Shown here: piece by piece, positions 1 to 12,100 of the stretch
How positions within the stretch are numbered: the stretch's first letter is position 1
Layout: each line of letters starts with the position of its first letter
Origin: Hormiphora californensis
Taxonomy: Eukaryota; Animalia; Ctenophora
Length of the DNA: 64,000 nucleotides
Direction: 5' to 3'
Assembly: GCA_020137815.1 (NCBI GenBank)
Contig: CM035361.1
Location: 1,116,001-1,180,000, forward strand
Notes under the pieces: model-generated
The model's database searches: none
What the model was told of the DNA's origin: nothing
The model's input: the letters and a program-made list of their open reading frames with translations, nothing else
Made by a program: the position numbers and the translations under genes

Positions 1-3000
1 TTGCTGTTACCAGTCTGCCATCATTTTACCAAATCATATTGCTGTTACTCAGCCTGTCCACTTCAGTCATACACATGGATGCTGTTACCTCAGCCTGTCC
101 TCATTCTCACATAGCTGCTGTTACTCAGCTGTCATTCATGCTACAACATGATTGCTGTTACTCAGTCTGTCATTCATTCTACACATGGATTGCTGTTACT
201 CAGCCTGTCATCCATTCTAAACATAGATTGCTGTATCTCGCCTGTCACAATGCTACCACATGGATTGCTGCTTACTCAGCCTGTCACTCATCTACAATGA
301 TGCTGTTACTCAGCCCGTCATTCGTTCATTCTAACATGATTGCTGTTACTAAGCCTGTCATTCACTCTACACATGGATTACTGTTACTCAGCAGGCCTGC
401 CCTCAATTCTACACATGGTTACTGTTACTCAGCTGTCACTCATTCTACACATAGAGTGCTGTACTCAGCCTGTCATTCATTTACACATAGGATTAGATTA
501 CTGCAGTTCTGTCATCCATTCTACACATGGATTACTGTTATACTCAGCCTGTCACTCATTCTACACTATGGAGCTGTTACTCGTCGTCATTCACTTACAC
601 ATGATGCTGTCACTCAGCCACTGTCCACTCAGTCTACACATAGATTATGTTAACTCAGTCTGTCATTCACTCTACACATAGATTACTGATTACTCAGCCT
701 GGACTCATTCTACACATGGAGGCTGTTACTCAGCCTGTCACTCATTACTACACATGGATGCACTGTCAATAGTCTGTCACTCATCTACACATAGATGCTG
801 TTACTCAGTCGTCACTCTTCTACACATGATTGCTGGTTACTCAGCCTGTCATTCATCTAAACATGGATTGCTGTTACTAGAATGTCATGCCAATCTACAC
901 ATAGATTACTGTTACTCAGCGGTGTCATTCACTTCTACACATGGATTGCTGTTACTCACAGCCTTTCATCATTCTACACATAGATTCGCTGTTACTCAGT
1001 CTGTCACTCATTCTACACATGCGATTGCTGTCACTCAGTCTGTCATTCATTTACACATGGATTGCGTTACTCAGCCTGTTCACTCATTCTACACCACAGA
1101 GATTGACTGTTACTCAGTTATGTCACTAATTCACTACACATGATTGCTGTTACTCCAGCCGTTTCATTCACTCTCACATAGATTACTGTTACTCAAGCCT
1201 GTCCACTATTCTACATACAGATTGCTGTCACGCAGTCTGTCAATCATTATAAACAAAGATTACTGTACTCAGCATGTCATTCATTCTACACATATATTGC
1301 TGTTACTCAGCCTGTCATCTATTCTTACACATAGATCACTGTTACCTCAGCCTGTCACTCATTCTACACATAGATTGCTGTTTAGAGATTCAGCTGTCAC
1401 TCATTATACACATGGATGCTGTACTCAGCCGCATCATCTACACATAGATACTGTACTCAGCCTGTCTACCATTCCTACAATCATCGGATTGCTGTCACTC
1501 AGTCTGTTCATTCATTTTACACATGGATTGCTGTACTCAGCCTGTCATCATTCTACAACTGGATTGCTGTTACTCAGCCTGCCATTCCATTCCTACACAT
1601 GGCATTGCTGATAACTCAGCGCCATTTTTATACACATGGTTTTGCGTACTCAGCCTGTCATCATTCGACACATGGATTGCTATTACTCGCCTGTCACTCA
1701 CTCTGACACATGATTGGCTTTACTCAGCGTCATTCATTCTACACATGGATTGCTGTTACTCAGCATGTCATTCATTCTACACACATAGATTGCTGTTACT
1801 CAGCATGTCCTTCATTCTACACACATAGATTGCTGTTACTCAGTCTGTCATCCATTCTACACATAGTTTGCTGTTACTCAGTCTGTCATTCATTCTACAC
1901 ATAGTTTGCTGTTACTCAGTCTGACATTCATCATACACATATATTGCTGTTAACTCCAGACGTCAACTCATTCTTACACATGGATTGCTGTTACTCAGCC
2001 TGTCACTCATTCTACACATAGATTGTGTTACTCAGACTGTCATCATTCTACACATGGATTGCTGGTACTCAGTCTGCATTCATTGTGTCTACACATGTAT
2101 TGCTGTTACTCAGCCTGTCATCCATTCTACACATAGAATTGGGTTACTCAGCCTGTCACTCATTCTACAATGGATTGCTGTTACCAGCCTGTCACTCATT
2201 CTACACATGAGATTGGCTTCACTCAGCGTCACTCCGTCATCACATAGATTGCTGTTACTCAGCCTTGTCATTCATTCTACCACATATGATTGCTGTTACT
2301 CAGTCTGTCCTTCATTCTACACACTGATTGCTGTTTACTTCAGCCTGTCATTCATCTACACATAGATTGACTGTTACTCAGCTCTGTCATCTCATTCTAC
2401 ACATGAGATTGCTGTTCACTCAGCCTCTGTCACTCATTTTCTACACATGGATTGCCCTGTTACTCTATGCCTCATCCATTCTACACATAGATTGCTGGTT
2501 ACTCAGTCTGTTCATCTACCTACAACATGATTGCTGTGTACTCAGTCCTGGCATTCATTTAAACATAGATTGCTGTACTCAGTCTGATGTAATCACTCAT
2601 AACATGGATTGCGTATGCTTCATCTTCAAAGTTGCTGTTACTCGACGTCTTACAATCCATGAGATTGCTGGTTTACTCAGCCTGTCAACTCTATACTCTA
2701 CACATAGGATTGCTGTTGACTCAGCCTGTCACTTCACTCTACACATGGATTGCTGTTACTCAGGATCATTGCAACTAGTCTATCATGTTCATACACATAG
2801 AGTGCTGTTCTTCAGCTGTCATCATCACCATGGATTGCTGTTACTTAGCCTGTCATTACATTATACAATGGATTGCGTTACTCAGTCTGTCACTCATTTA
2901 CTACATGGATTGCTTTACTCAGCCTGTCATTCATTCTACACACATAGATCGCTGTTACTCAGTCTGTCATTTCATTCTACACATATATTTCTATCTCAGT

Positions 3001-4037
3001 CTGTCATTCATCTTATACATAGTTTGCTATACTCAGCTTGTCTTTCATCTTTAAAATCGATTAATGTTTTGACAGCATAGGTATTCAATCTATCACACTA
3101 CAATGCAACTATTTTCATATTCAAACTAGATTGCTGTTACTCAGTCTGTCACTCATTCTACACATGGATTGCTGTTACTCAGCCTGTCATTCATTCTACA
3201 CATAGATTGCTGTTACTCAGCCTGTCATTCATTCTACACATAGATTGCTGTTACTCAGCCTGTCACTCATTCTACACATAGATTGCTGTTACTCAGTCTG
3301 TCACTCATTCTACACATAGATTGCTGTTACTCAGTCTGTCATTCACTCTACACATAGATTACTGTTACTCAGTCTGTCACTCATTCTACACATGGATTGC
3401 TGTTACTCAGCCTGTCACTCACTCTACACATGGATTGCTGTTACTCAGCCTGTCATTCATTCTACACATAGATTGCTGTTACTCAGTCTGTCATTCATTA
3501 TACACATGGATTGCTGTTACTCAGCCTGTCACTCACTCTACACATAGATTGCTGTTACTCAGCCTGTCACTCACTCTACACATGGATTGCTGTTACTCAG
3601 CCTGTCATTCATTCTACACATAGATTGCTGTTACTCAGTCTGTCACTCATTCTACACATAGATTGCTGTTACTCAGCCTGTCATTCATTCTACACATGGA
3701 TTGCTGTTACTCAGCCTGTCATTCATTATACACATGGATTGCTGTTACTCAGTCTGTCACTCATTCTACACATGGATTGCTGTTACTCAGCCTGTCATTC
3801 ATTCTACACACATAGATCGCTGTTACTCAGTCTGTCATTCATTCTACACATATATTTCTATTCTCAGTCTGTCATTCATCTTATACATAGTTTGCTACTA
3901 CTCAGCCTGTCATTCATCTTATAAATAGATTAATGTTTTGACAGCATAGGTATTCAATTATCATCACTACACTGCACTATTTTCATAGGCCCAACATATT
4001 ATATATTTTATTTTCTTGCCTGTCCCATTACACTCAG

Positions 4038-4143
4038 CATCTCCCCTGTCCAGCTCGTATCAGCCGGCCCCAGATAGCATCCCCAATCAAAGACAAGAGT
4101 CAAAGACAAGACCGGACTTCTACAAAGCTGTCTATTTGAATCG
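4038..4143 (+). other. Putative 106-nt coding exon inside the satellite (copy 1)
   Basis: Pyrimidine tract plus CAG acceptor (ttttcttgcctgtcccattacactcag) and GTAAG donor. Only one frame is open: SPLSSSYQPAPDSIPNQRQESKTRPDFYKAVYLNR. Confidence 0.45.
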
Positions 4144-5194
4144 GTAAGAGTCCTAGACCCGCTCCTGCCAGTCCCTATTATACGCAGTGTGTCATTCATT
4201 ATACACATGGATTGCTGTTACTCAGCCTGTCACTCATTCTACACATAGATTGCTGTTACTCAGCCTGTCACTTCATTCTACACATAGATTGCTGTTACTC
4301 AGTCTGTCACTCATTCTACACATAGATTGCTGTTACTCAGCCTGTCATTCATTCTACACATAGATTGCTGTTACTCAGCCTGTCATTCATTCTACACATA
4401 GATTGCTGTTACTCAGCCTGTCACTCATTCTACACATAGATTGCTGTTACTCAGCCTGTCACTCATTCTACACATGGATTACTGTTACTCAGTCTGTCAC
4501 TCATTCTACACATGGATTGCTATTACTCAGCATGTCATTCATTCTACACATGGATTGCTGTTACTCAGCCTGCCATTCACTCTACACATGGATTGCTGTT
4601 ACTCAGTCTGTCATTCATTCTACACATAGATTGCTGTTACTCAGCCTGTCATTCATTCTACACATAGATTGCTGTTACTCAGCATGTCATTCATTCTACA
4701 CATGGATTGCTGTTACTCAGCCTGTCATTCATTCTACACATAGATTGCTGTTACTCAGCCTGTCACTCATTCTACACATAGATTGCTGTTACTCAGTCTG
4801 TCACTCATTCTACATATGGATTACTGTTACTCAGTCTGTCACTCATTCTACACATAGATTGCTGTTACTCAGTCTGTCATTCACTCTACACATAGATTAC
4901 TGTTACTCAGTCTGTCACTCATTCTACACATGGATTGCTGTTACTCAGCCTGTCACTCATTCTACACATAAATTGCTGTTACTCAGCCTGTCATTCATTC
5001 TACACTTGGATTGCTGTTACTCAGTCTGTCACTCATTCTACACATGGATTGCTGTTACTCAGCCTGCCATTCATTCTTCATATAGATTAATGTTTTGACA
5101 GCATAGGTATTCAATTATCATCACTACACTGCACTATTTTCATAGGCCCAACATATTATATATTTTATTTTCTTGCCTGTCCCATTACACTCAG

Positions 5195-5300
5195 CATCTC
5201 CCCTGTCCAGCTCGTATCAGCCGGCCCCAGATAGCATCCCCAATCAAAGACAAGAGTCAAAGACAAGACCGGACTTCTACAAAGCTGTCTATTTGAATCG
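5195..5300 (+). other. Putative 106-nt coding exon inside the satellite (copy 2)
   Basis: Same sequence and splice signals as 4038-4143. Confidence 0.4.
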
Positions 5301-6518
5301 GTAAGAGGCCTAGACCTGCTCCTGCCAGTCCCTATTATACGCAGTGTCTCATTCATTATACACATGGATTGCTGTTACTCAGCCTGTCATTCATTCTACA
5401 CATGGATTATATTGCTGTCACTCAGCCTGTCACTCATTCTACACATGGATTGCTGTTACTCAGCCTGTCATCCATTCTACACATAGATTGCTGTCACTCA
5501 GTCTGTCACTCACTCTACACATGGATTGCTGTTACTCAGCCTGTCACTCATTCTACACATAGATTGCTGTTACTCAGCCTGTCACTCATTCTACACATAT
5601 ATTGCTGTTACTCAGCCTGTCACTCATTCTACACATGGATTGCTGTCACTCAGTCTGTCATTCATTCTACACATGGATTACTGTTACTCAGCCTGTCACT
5701 CATTCTACACATGGATTGCTGTTACTCAGCCTGTCATTCATTCTAACATAGATTGCTGTTACTCAGTCTGTCACTCATTCTACACATGGATTGCTGTTAC
5801 ACAGCCTGTCATTCACTCTACACATAGATTGCTGTTACTCAGCCTGTCATTCATTCTACACATAGATTGCTGTTACTCAGTCTGTCATTCATTATACACA
5901 TGGATTGCTGTTACTCAGTCTGTCATTCATTCTACACATGGATTGCTGTTACTCAGTCTGTCATTCATTCTACACATAGATTACTATTACTCAGTCTGTC
6001 ATTCATTCTACACATAGATTTCTGTTACCCAGCCTGTCATTCATTCTACACATAGATTGCTGTTACTCAGCCTGTCATTCATTCTACACATAGATTACTG
6101 TTACACAGTCTGTCATTCACTCTACACATGGATTGCTGTTACTCAGCCTGTCATTCACTCTACACATAGATTGCTGTTACTCAGCCTGTCATTCACTATA
6201 CACATAGATTGCTGTTACTCAGCCTGTCATCCATTCTACACATAGATTACTGTTACTCAGTCTGTCATTCATTATACACATGGATTGCTGTTACTCAGCC
6301 TGTCATTCATAATACACATGGATTGCTGTTACTCAGCCTGTCATTCATAATACACACAGATTGCTGTTACTCAGCCTGTCACTCATTCTACACATAGATT
6401 GCTGTTACTCAGCCTGTCATTCATTCTACACATAGATTACTGTTACTCAGCCTGTCACTCATTCTACACATGGATTGCTGTTACTCAGCCTGTCATTCAT
6501 TCTACACATAGATTGCTG

Positions 6519-9500
6519 ACACTCACACACACACACACATCACACATCACACTATCACGCATACTTGTCTACCCAGGCTATCACACTCGGTCATTTTCTT
6601 TTCTTAACCCTGTCTGTCGATCGACCTGATTGAGACCTGGTTATATCATACATTTTATACCCATTCAGTATCCCCTCTCTGTTCCAGGGTTCCTGCATAG
6701 GATGGGGGAAAGGAATACCGTACAGTTCAGCCAACTCAACTGCAACAACAGCCCGGTGGCATTAGACAACCTACCACTGGAATCGAACTCCATATGGCTA
6801 CTGCAGGAACCCCCTACCACGTTCCCTGCCAGACACAAAGTGGTTATTCCACACCAAGGGACTCTTGTGCAAATGCTCCACCCTAAAAGGCCAGTACGGA
6901 GTTGTATATTCATGCCACGGTCGCTGGGAAACCACTGTGCCAGACTGGATACCTTCTCAGACGAGGATGTGGTAGCAATAAGACTGCAGAATATGGTCAT
7001 TATTTCAGTCTACTGGGAAACGGAACTTCGCACCATACCGGACAATCTCATCGCAGCCATCACCTGGGCAAACTCAAACGGACTCGACCTAGTAATTGGT
7101 GGGGACCTCAATTCACACCATACGCTTTGGGGGAACTCACATACATCAACCAGGGGGGATGATACCTTTGATCTCATCTGCAGCAACGACCTAGCGGTAC
7201 TCAACGACCCAGCACAAGGCCCCACATGGAAAAGACCGTCACAAGGGCAATATTCATTTATAGACCTTACCATCGTCTCACTCCGTTTACTAAACAAAGT
7301 GGAAAGTTGGACGGTCAATTCCAATGCTCTCTCAGATCACAACACCATTTCCTTTAACATCAGAATCTTATCCCCGGCAGTACTCAGGACAATAACGGAG
7401 AAAACAGTAACTGACTGGGAAAAGATGATCAGCAATCTGAAGGAACTGGTTAAAAGGAATGCATCCCTTCTCAATCCCGCCCGCAACCAAGCAGAACTAA
7501 ACAACAAAATGCAGCTGATCTACAACTTGATAGAGACGGCCAAAGTGGCAACTAGCCGGAAGATCACATACACACGCAGAACGGACGAAAAACAATGGTT
7601 TGGAAAGGAGCTCAAGAGTAGAAAAAGGAAACTTAACGAACTTCACCACTTGTCTTTTGCTGTCCCGGAGGTAGTGCCAGTTGTCAAAAGATTGAGGTTG
7701 GAGTACAAAGAAGAGAGAGAAATTCACAAAAACAAGTCTCTCACTCAATTCTGCAGCAATGCCAACAACAAACAGGAGATCCATCTACTGAAGAGAATGG
7801 GAGTCCCCAGAGATCCACCAACCCTCCCATCCATCGTTGAAAACGGAACGGTGATCCCCACCTCAGAAGAGACCCTCAATGTTTTAGCGAGCCATCTATT
7901 AGTAGGATCACCGAAAGCCGGAGACGCAGCGCCACCGGCTCATCGTCCACATACGGCCAACTTAAGCGACACCATTGCTACATACAGGAGAGCCGAAACC
8001 ATCTTCAGCACTCAAAGGGTCACAGCAATTATACAGATGGTGAAATTGAAATCATCGGAAGGTCCAGACAAATTGAACTACCAAACTCTTGCTAGAATCT
8101 GGCCGGTCATCCTAGAGCCTATCCAGCAAATATTCAAAGACTGTCTCATCCTCCGCTGCGTTCCTGACACATGGCTAACAGCCAAAGGAATACTGCTCCC
8201 GAAACCAGGTAAACCTAAAGACAAGAAAACTAGCTACCGGATCATCTCTTTAATGTGTTGCCTGATGAAACTCTATGAACGGTTAATTCTTTGGCATGCG
8301 GACTTCGACCTGGGCATGGACAAAAAGCTAGCAGACGAGCAGCTAGGTTTTAGGAAAGGGCAGTCCACCAGCCTGGCAGTACTGAAGGTAGTTCTCCGGG
8401 TACAGGAGGCTCTGGACAACAAGAACTACTGTCTCGGAGTGTTCATCGATTTCTCCCGGGCTTTCGATACGGTCTCGCCCTCCCTGATCCTCACGTCATT
8501 AGCTGACCTTGGTATGCCGGCGGACGTGTTGGGTTCCCTGGAATACTTCTACCAGCACAGGGAGGTGACCCTGACTCTGGGTGGGCGTAGCGTTACCATA
8601 TGTGGGTTGGAGGGCACACCAGCGGGGGGAGTGTCATCGCCCTTTGCGTGGAACGCCGCCACAAAAGAGCTAGTGGTAGAGCTAAACTCTCTGGAATTTA
8701 CTCTGTCGTGGGCAGACGACATGGTCTCCCTGATAGAAGACAGCTCCATCAACAGGTGTATGGGGAGAGCCCAAAAGATACTGGATGAAATACTCGAGTG
8801 GAGTGAAGTGAGTGGAGTCCAGCTAAATTCAGAGAAAACTAAGTGGATACTCTTCTCTAGGAAGAATTACAAGAATTGCGTAACACCACAGGGGGTCAAC
8901 ATCATGGTCGGGTCCAATCCACTAGAGAGAGTCGAACAGATTCGCTACCTCGGAATTATTCTTCATGAGCGCCTTAAATGGTCTCCTCATCTTGAAAAGG
9001 TCAAGCGGGACACTCAAGCGCTTCTACACAACCTCATTAAACTTGGTAACAAACATTGGGGGTGCAGCAGCCAGACCAATAGGAGACTATACCTTAGTGT
9101 TATAGCTCCAAAGGCTTTGTACGGAGCACTGATTTGGGCGAACAGGCTCCGCACTCTGGAGAAAACCCTGGACCGCATCTCGGCACAAGCAGCTAAGGCT
9201 ACTCTTGGGGCAGGCAAAACTGCACCCAACCTCCAATGCTTGGCCCTAGCTGGAATTCCCCCGCTCAGTATAGCAGCTCAAAGCAGAGCTGAAATGGATG
9301 CGCTCAAACTACTTCCCTCAAGACATCTGGAGGTGAAAAAGCAGCACCATCCCAACTTCGACAAGAAGTTTATCATCCACATCGACGATGGGACCCAGGC
9401 CTTAGCGGAAAAACACTGTTTTGAGAAGACTTTCACCGAAATTTACACGGACGGGTCGGTGTTCAAGGGAAACACAGGACTAGGGGACGCGGGTTGTGCA

Positions 9501-11140
9501 TGGGTTAGATTCATAAGAGGTTCAGAGGCTCTTATCTCATCGAGGAAACTCAGCGCAGGAACTACAATCTTCCAAGCAGAAATACAAGCCATAGCAGAAG
9601 CAGCAGCAGCAGAGATTCTACTGAGACCTCCTACTAGCAATCTGGTATGCATTTTCTCAGATAGCCAAGCGGCATTACACGCTCTCAGACAGCCAGTGAT
9701 ACACACGGACTTGGTAGCCAGCACGGCGGTAACCCTGAACAAGCTCTGTAACATCATAGACTTTCCCGTGAGGATATACTGGGTTAGAGGGCATCACGGC
9801 TGCCGGGGGAACGAGCTAGCGGACGCAGCAGCCAAAGAAGCTGCTCTCTCGGATGAAACACCACTTCAGCTTCCCCTTCCACTAGCAACAGTGAAACAGA
9901 ACATCCTGAACAAATCCAGAAGCAAATTTAGAGAGAGTTTCGCCAAATTACCAGGAAGTGCCAACAAGCTAAGGCATTTGGCCCTTCGCTTCCACAGCTT
10001 GCCTACCATTCTACCGGGGAAAGGGCCAAGGCAAGTTGCAGCCATCCTAAATAACAGAGCGCCCTTGCGTACAGGTCTAACCTACAACAATGTTAGTGGA
10101 ATCTGTCAAAGATGCGACCTGCAGGAGCTAGAGGACAATTACCACTTTCTTTGTATTTGCCCTGGACTGAGCCAAGCTCGTATGAAACATTTAGGAGGCT
10201 ATTCGCTGCCACTTACCGGCCTGGACCAGGTCTCTGTTACAGCTATTTCCTGTTTTATTAACTCCTCGGGTATCTTTGGGAACGGGAGTGTTGTGCGGAG
10301 GCAGGACATTGTTGGAGTTTAATCTTGGTATTCATTTGTTATTTCTTTTGGTTTTTTAATTATATTTCCCCTCCCTCACTTGGGTGTTTGTTTTTGGACA
10401 GGGTACGGTACCGCCCCTCCCCCTTTCCTGTCTTCCTTTCCTTGTACTTTCCCCTTGCCTCTAGCTCGCTCCCCCGGTAGCTCTCTCTGCCTCTCTCTAT
10501 CTAGCCCCCTCTCTCTCCGTCTCCCTCTTTCTCTCTCTTTTAGGGCAGGTCTTTCAGCATCTTCTCGCTCCTCCTGGCTAGGCCCCCGTCTCTTGAGTTG
10601 CTCGCATAGAGGGATTGGTTCTCTCTTAGTTTGAGCTTCATCGCTTCTCGGGGTTTTGGTCCTGGTTTATTCCTAGGAGAGTTCGTGGAGGGCCTTATTT
10701 TCCTTTCTCCTCCTGTTCTCACTGTGGCAGTTTAGCTGCAGGAGTGTAGTCTGCATTAGTACTGGGCCGGGGAGGTATTGTACGCTTTATCAAGTTATAT
10801 CCTGTTTGTGCCATTTTCACCCTCACTATCACCGGTTCCAGTTTCATTTAACTGGCATATCTTATTCATTATGTGTTATATGTGTTACAGCATTACTAAC
10901 CTAGGCCCTAGACTCTGGCATTCGCAGGGCACCTCTCACATGAGAAAGGGGTAAGTTCACGCACCCACTCCTCAATTACATTCCCCAGGTAAAACTGTCT
11001 ATAGGCGGATAGACTAAAACAACCACCATCATTTACGCATTTTTAGGGTTCCGGAATCCGATTGTTCCTTCCCCTGGGCCTCTCTTGTATAAAGTCTCAT
11101 GAAATAGTGAAAAGAAAAACGGCGTGTGGATAATAACTTT
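6519..11140 (+). mobile_element. Non-LTR retrotransposon, LOA/R1/I-group type with RNase H; 3' boundary approximate
   Basis: Begins where the satellite breaks off (gattgctg|acactcacacac). It carries one long pol ORF followed by a pyrimidine-rich 3' region. No TSD could be identified. Confidence 0.85.
6702..10322 (+). CDS. Retrotransposon polyprotein: APE endonuclease, reverse transcriptase, RNase H, C-terminal CCHC zinc knuckle
   Basis: First ATG at 6702. APE motifs QLNCN, LLQEP, GGDLNSHH, IDLT, SDHN. RT motifs YRIISL, QLGFRKG, IDFSRAFD, GTPAGG, WADD, YLG. RNase H motifs YTDGS, FQAE, SDSQAAL, WVRGH..GNELADAAAK. Zinc knuckle CQRC-x9-H-x4-C. Confidence 0.96.
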   Translation: MGERNTVQFSQLNCNNSPVALDNLPLESNSIWLLQEPPTTFPARHKVVIPHQGTLVQMLHPKRPVRSCIFMPRSLGNHCARLDTFSDEDVVAIRLQNMVIISVYWETELRTIPDNLIAAITWANSNGLDLVIGGDLNSHHTLWGNSHTSTRGDDTFDLICSNDLAVLNDPAQGPTWKRPSQGQYSFIDLTIVSLRLLNKVESWTVNSNALSDHNTISFNIRILSPAVLRTITEKTVTDWEKMISNLKELVKRNASLLNPARNQAELNNKMQLIYNLIETAKVATSRKITYTRRTDEKQWFGKELKSRKRKLNELHHLSFAVPEVVPVVKRLRLEYKEEREIHKNKSLTQFCSNANNKQEIHLLKRMGVPRDPPTLPSIVENGTVIPTSEETLNVLASHLLVGSPKAGDAAPPAHRPHTANLSDTIATYRRAETIFSTQRVTAIIQMVKLKSSEGPDKLNYQTLARIWPVILEPIQQIFKDCLILRCVPDTWLTAKGILLPKPGKPKDKKTSYRIISLMCCLMKLYERLILWHADFDLGMDKKLADEQLGFRKGQSTSLAVLKVVLRVQEALDNKNYCLGVFIDFSRAFDTVSPSLILTSLADLGMPADVLGSLEYFYQHREVTLTLGGRSVTICGLEGTPAGGVSSPFAWNAATKELVVELNSLEFTLSWADDMVSLIEDSSINRCMGRAQKILDEILEWSEVSGVQLNSEKTKWILFSRKNYKNCVTPQGVNIMVGSNPLERVEQIRYLGIILHERLKWSPHLEKVKRDTQALLHNLIKLGNKHWGCSSQTNRRLYLSVIAPKALYGALIWANRLRTLEKTLDRISAQAAKATLGAGKTAPNLQCLALAGIPPLSIAAQSRAEMDALKLLPSRHLEVKKQHHPNFDKKFIIHIDDGTQALAEKHCFEKTFTEIYTDGSVFKGNTGLGDAGCAWVRFIRGSEALISSRKLSAGTTIFQAEIQAIAEAAAAEILLRPPTSNLVCIFSDSQAALHALRQPVIHTDLVASTAVTLNKLCNIIDFPVRIYWVRGHHGCRGNELADAAAKEAALSDETPLQLPLPLATVKQNILNKSRSKFRESFAKLPGSANKLRHLALRFHSLPTILPGKGPRQVAAILNNRAPLRTGLTYNNVSGICQRCDLQELEDNYHFLCICPGLSQARMKHLGGYSLPLTGLDQVSVTAISCFINSSGIFGNGSVVRRQDIVGV

Positions 11141-11165
11141 TTCTTATGTTAGTAAGCTAGAGGCT

Positions 11166-11226
11166 AGAGGGAGAGATAGAGAGAGAGAGAGAGAGAGGAG
11201 ATAGAGAGAGAGAGCGAGAGAGAGAT

Positions 11227-11271
<45 letters not shown>

Positions 11272-11361
11272 CGGGGGCGATATTCTCTACACTTATGATG
11301 CGCTAGCTAGCGTCTCTCTCGCTCTATCTCGATATAATCATACCTCTCTCTCTCTCTCTCC

Positions 11362-11407
<46 letters not shown>

Positions 11408-11848
11408 AACTCTTTCTCTCCCAATTCTTTCTCACTTATCCACCGGGGTAGAGTTAGGGTGAGGGTTAGGGTTCCTTAGGCTAGGTGGAAAGTGCCACAG
11501 CCTGTGGTACAGTGCCACAGGCTGTGGTACTGACCATCTACACAAAGTTTGCACAACACGCAAAGTCAACTCAGTCCAGCACCTTACCGCAGCTAAATGA
11601 GTACATCACAAGCCACTCATCCACGTCACCTACCGGCCTCTTTTCTTCCGGTCACCATTTACCCTGGAGAGAGGAGTACCGAACCCACATTTGCGCCTGG
11701 GGATTTCCGGGGGGGGGGGGGGGTGTATCCATCCAGACTGGGCGGGTTTGCGTCTTAGCTTAGGCCGAGGGTATTGGTGATTGGTAGTCCTTTCCCGCAA
11801 AAGTGGATCCGGTCGGTAGTCCTCTCCTTCTGCCCCCACCTCTCTCTC

Positions 11849-11890
<42 letters not shown>

Positions 11891-12030
11891 ACTCTCTCTC
11901 ACTCTCTATCTCTTTCTCACTCACTCTCTCTCGCTATGGACAGACTGTCGATAGGAGCCAGCCGGGATTATTTCTTTATATATAATATATATATCGAATG
12001 TATCCCTTTCTCTATCTATCTTAATCTATC

Positions 12031-12084
<54 letters not shown>

Positions 12085-12100
12085 TCTCCCTCTCCTTTTC
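11166..12100. repeat. (GA)n and (TC)n microsatellite tracts with unique sequence between them
   Basis: (GA)n at 11166-11272; (TC)n at 11344-11420, 11840-11932 and 12010-12100. Confidence 0.85.

Larger units (their letters stand above)
1..6518. repeat. 38-bp tandem satellite, consensus GATTGCTGTTACTCAGCCTGTCA(T/C)TCATTCTACACAT(A/G), roughly 150 units
   Basis: Head-to-tail 38-nt period is clear from 3129 to 6518 and indel-ridden from 1 to 3060. It is interrupted by a shared non-satellite island at ~3925-4190 and ~5085-5345, and partially at ~3055-3125. Confidence 0.97.

Noticed and set aside
1-6518. CRISPR-like array of ~38-bp repeats
   Set aside because: Units are directly head-to-tail with no unique spacers, there are no cas genes, and the context is eukaryotic.
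39-6629. Many Cys/His-rich ORFs (LLLLSLSFILHIDCCYSACH...)
   Set aside because: They are translations of the 38-bp satellite cycling through three frames; stops depend on a single A/G variant.
6630-6701. ORF-track start at 6630
   Set aside because: It is a TTG start; the first ATG at 6702 directly precedes the APE domain.
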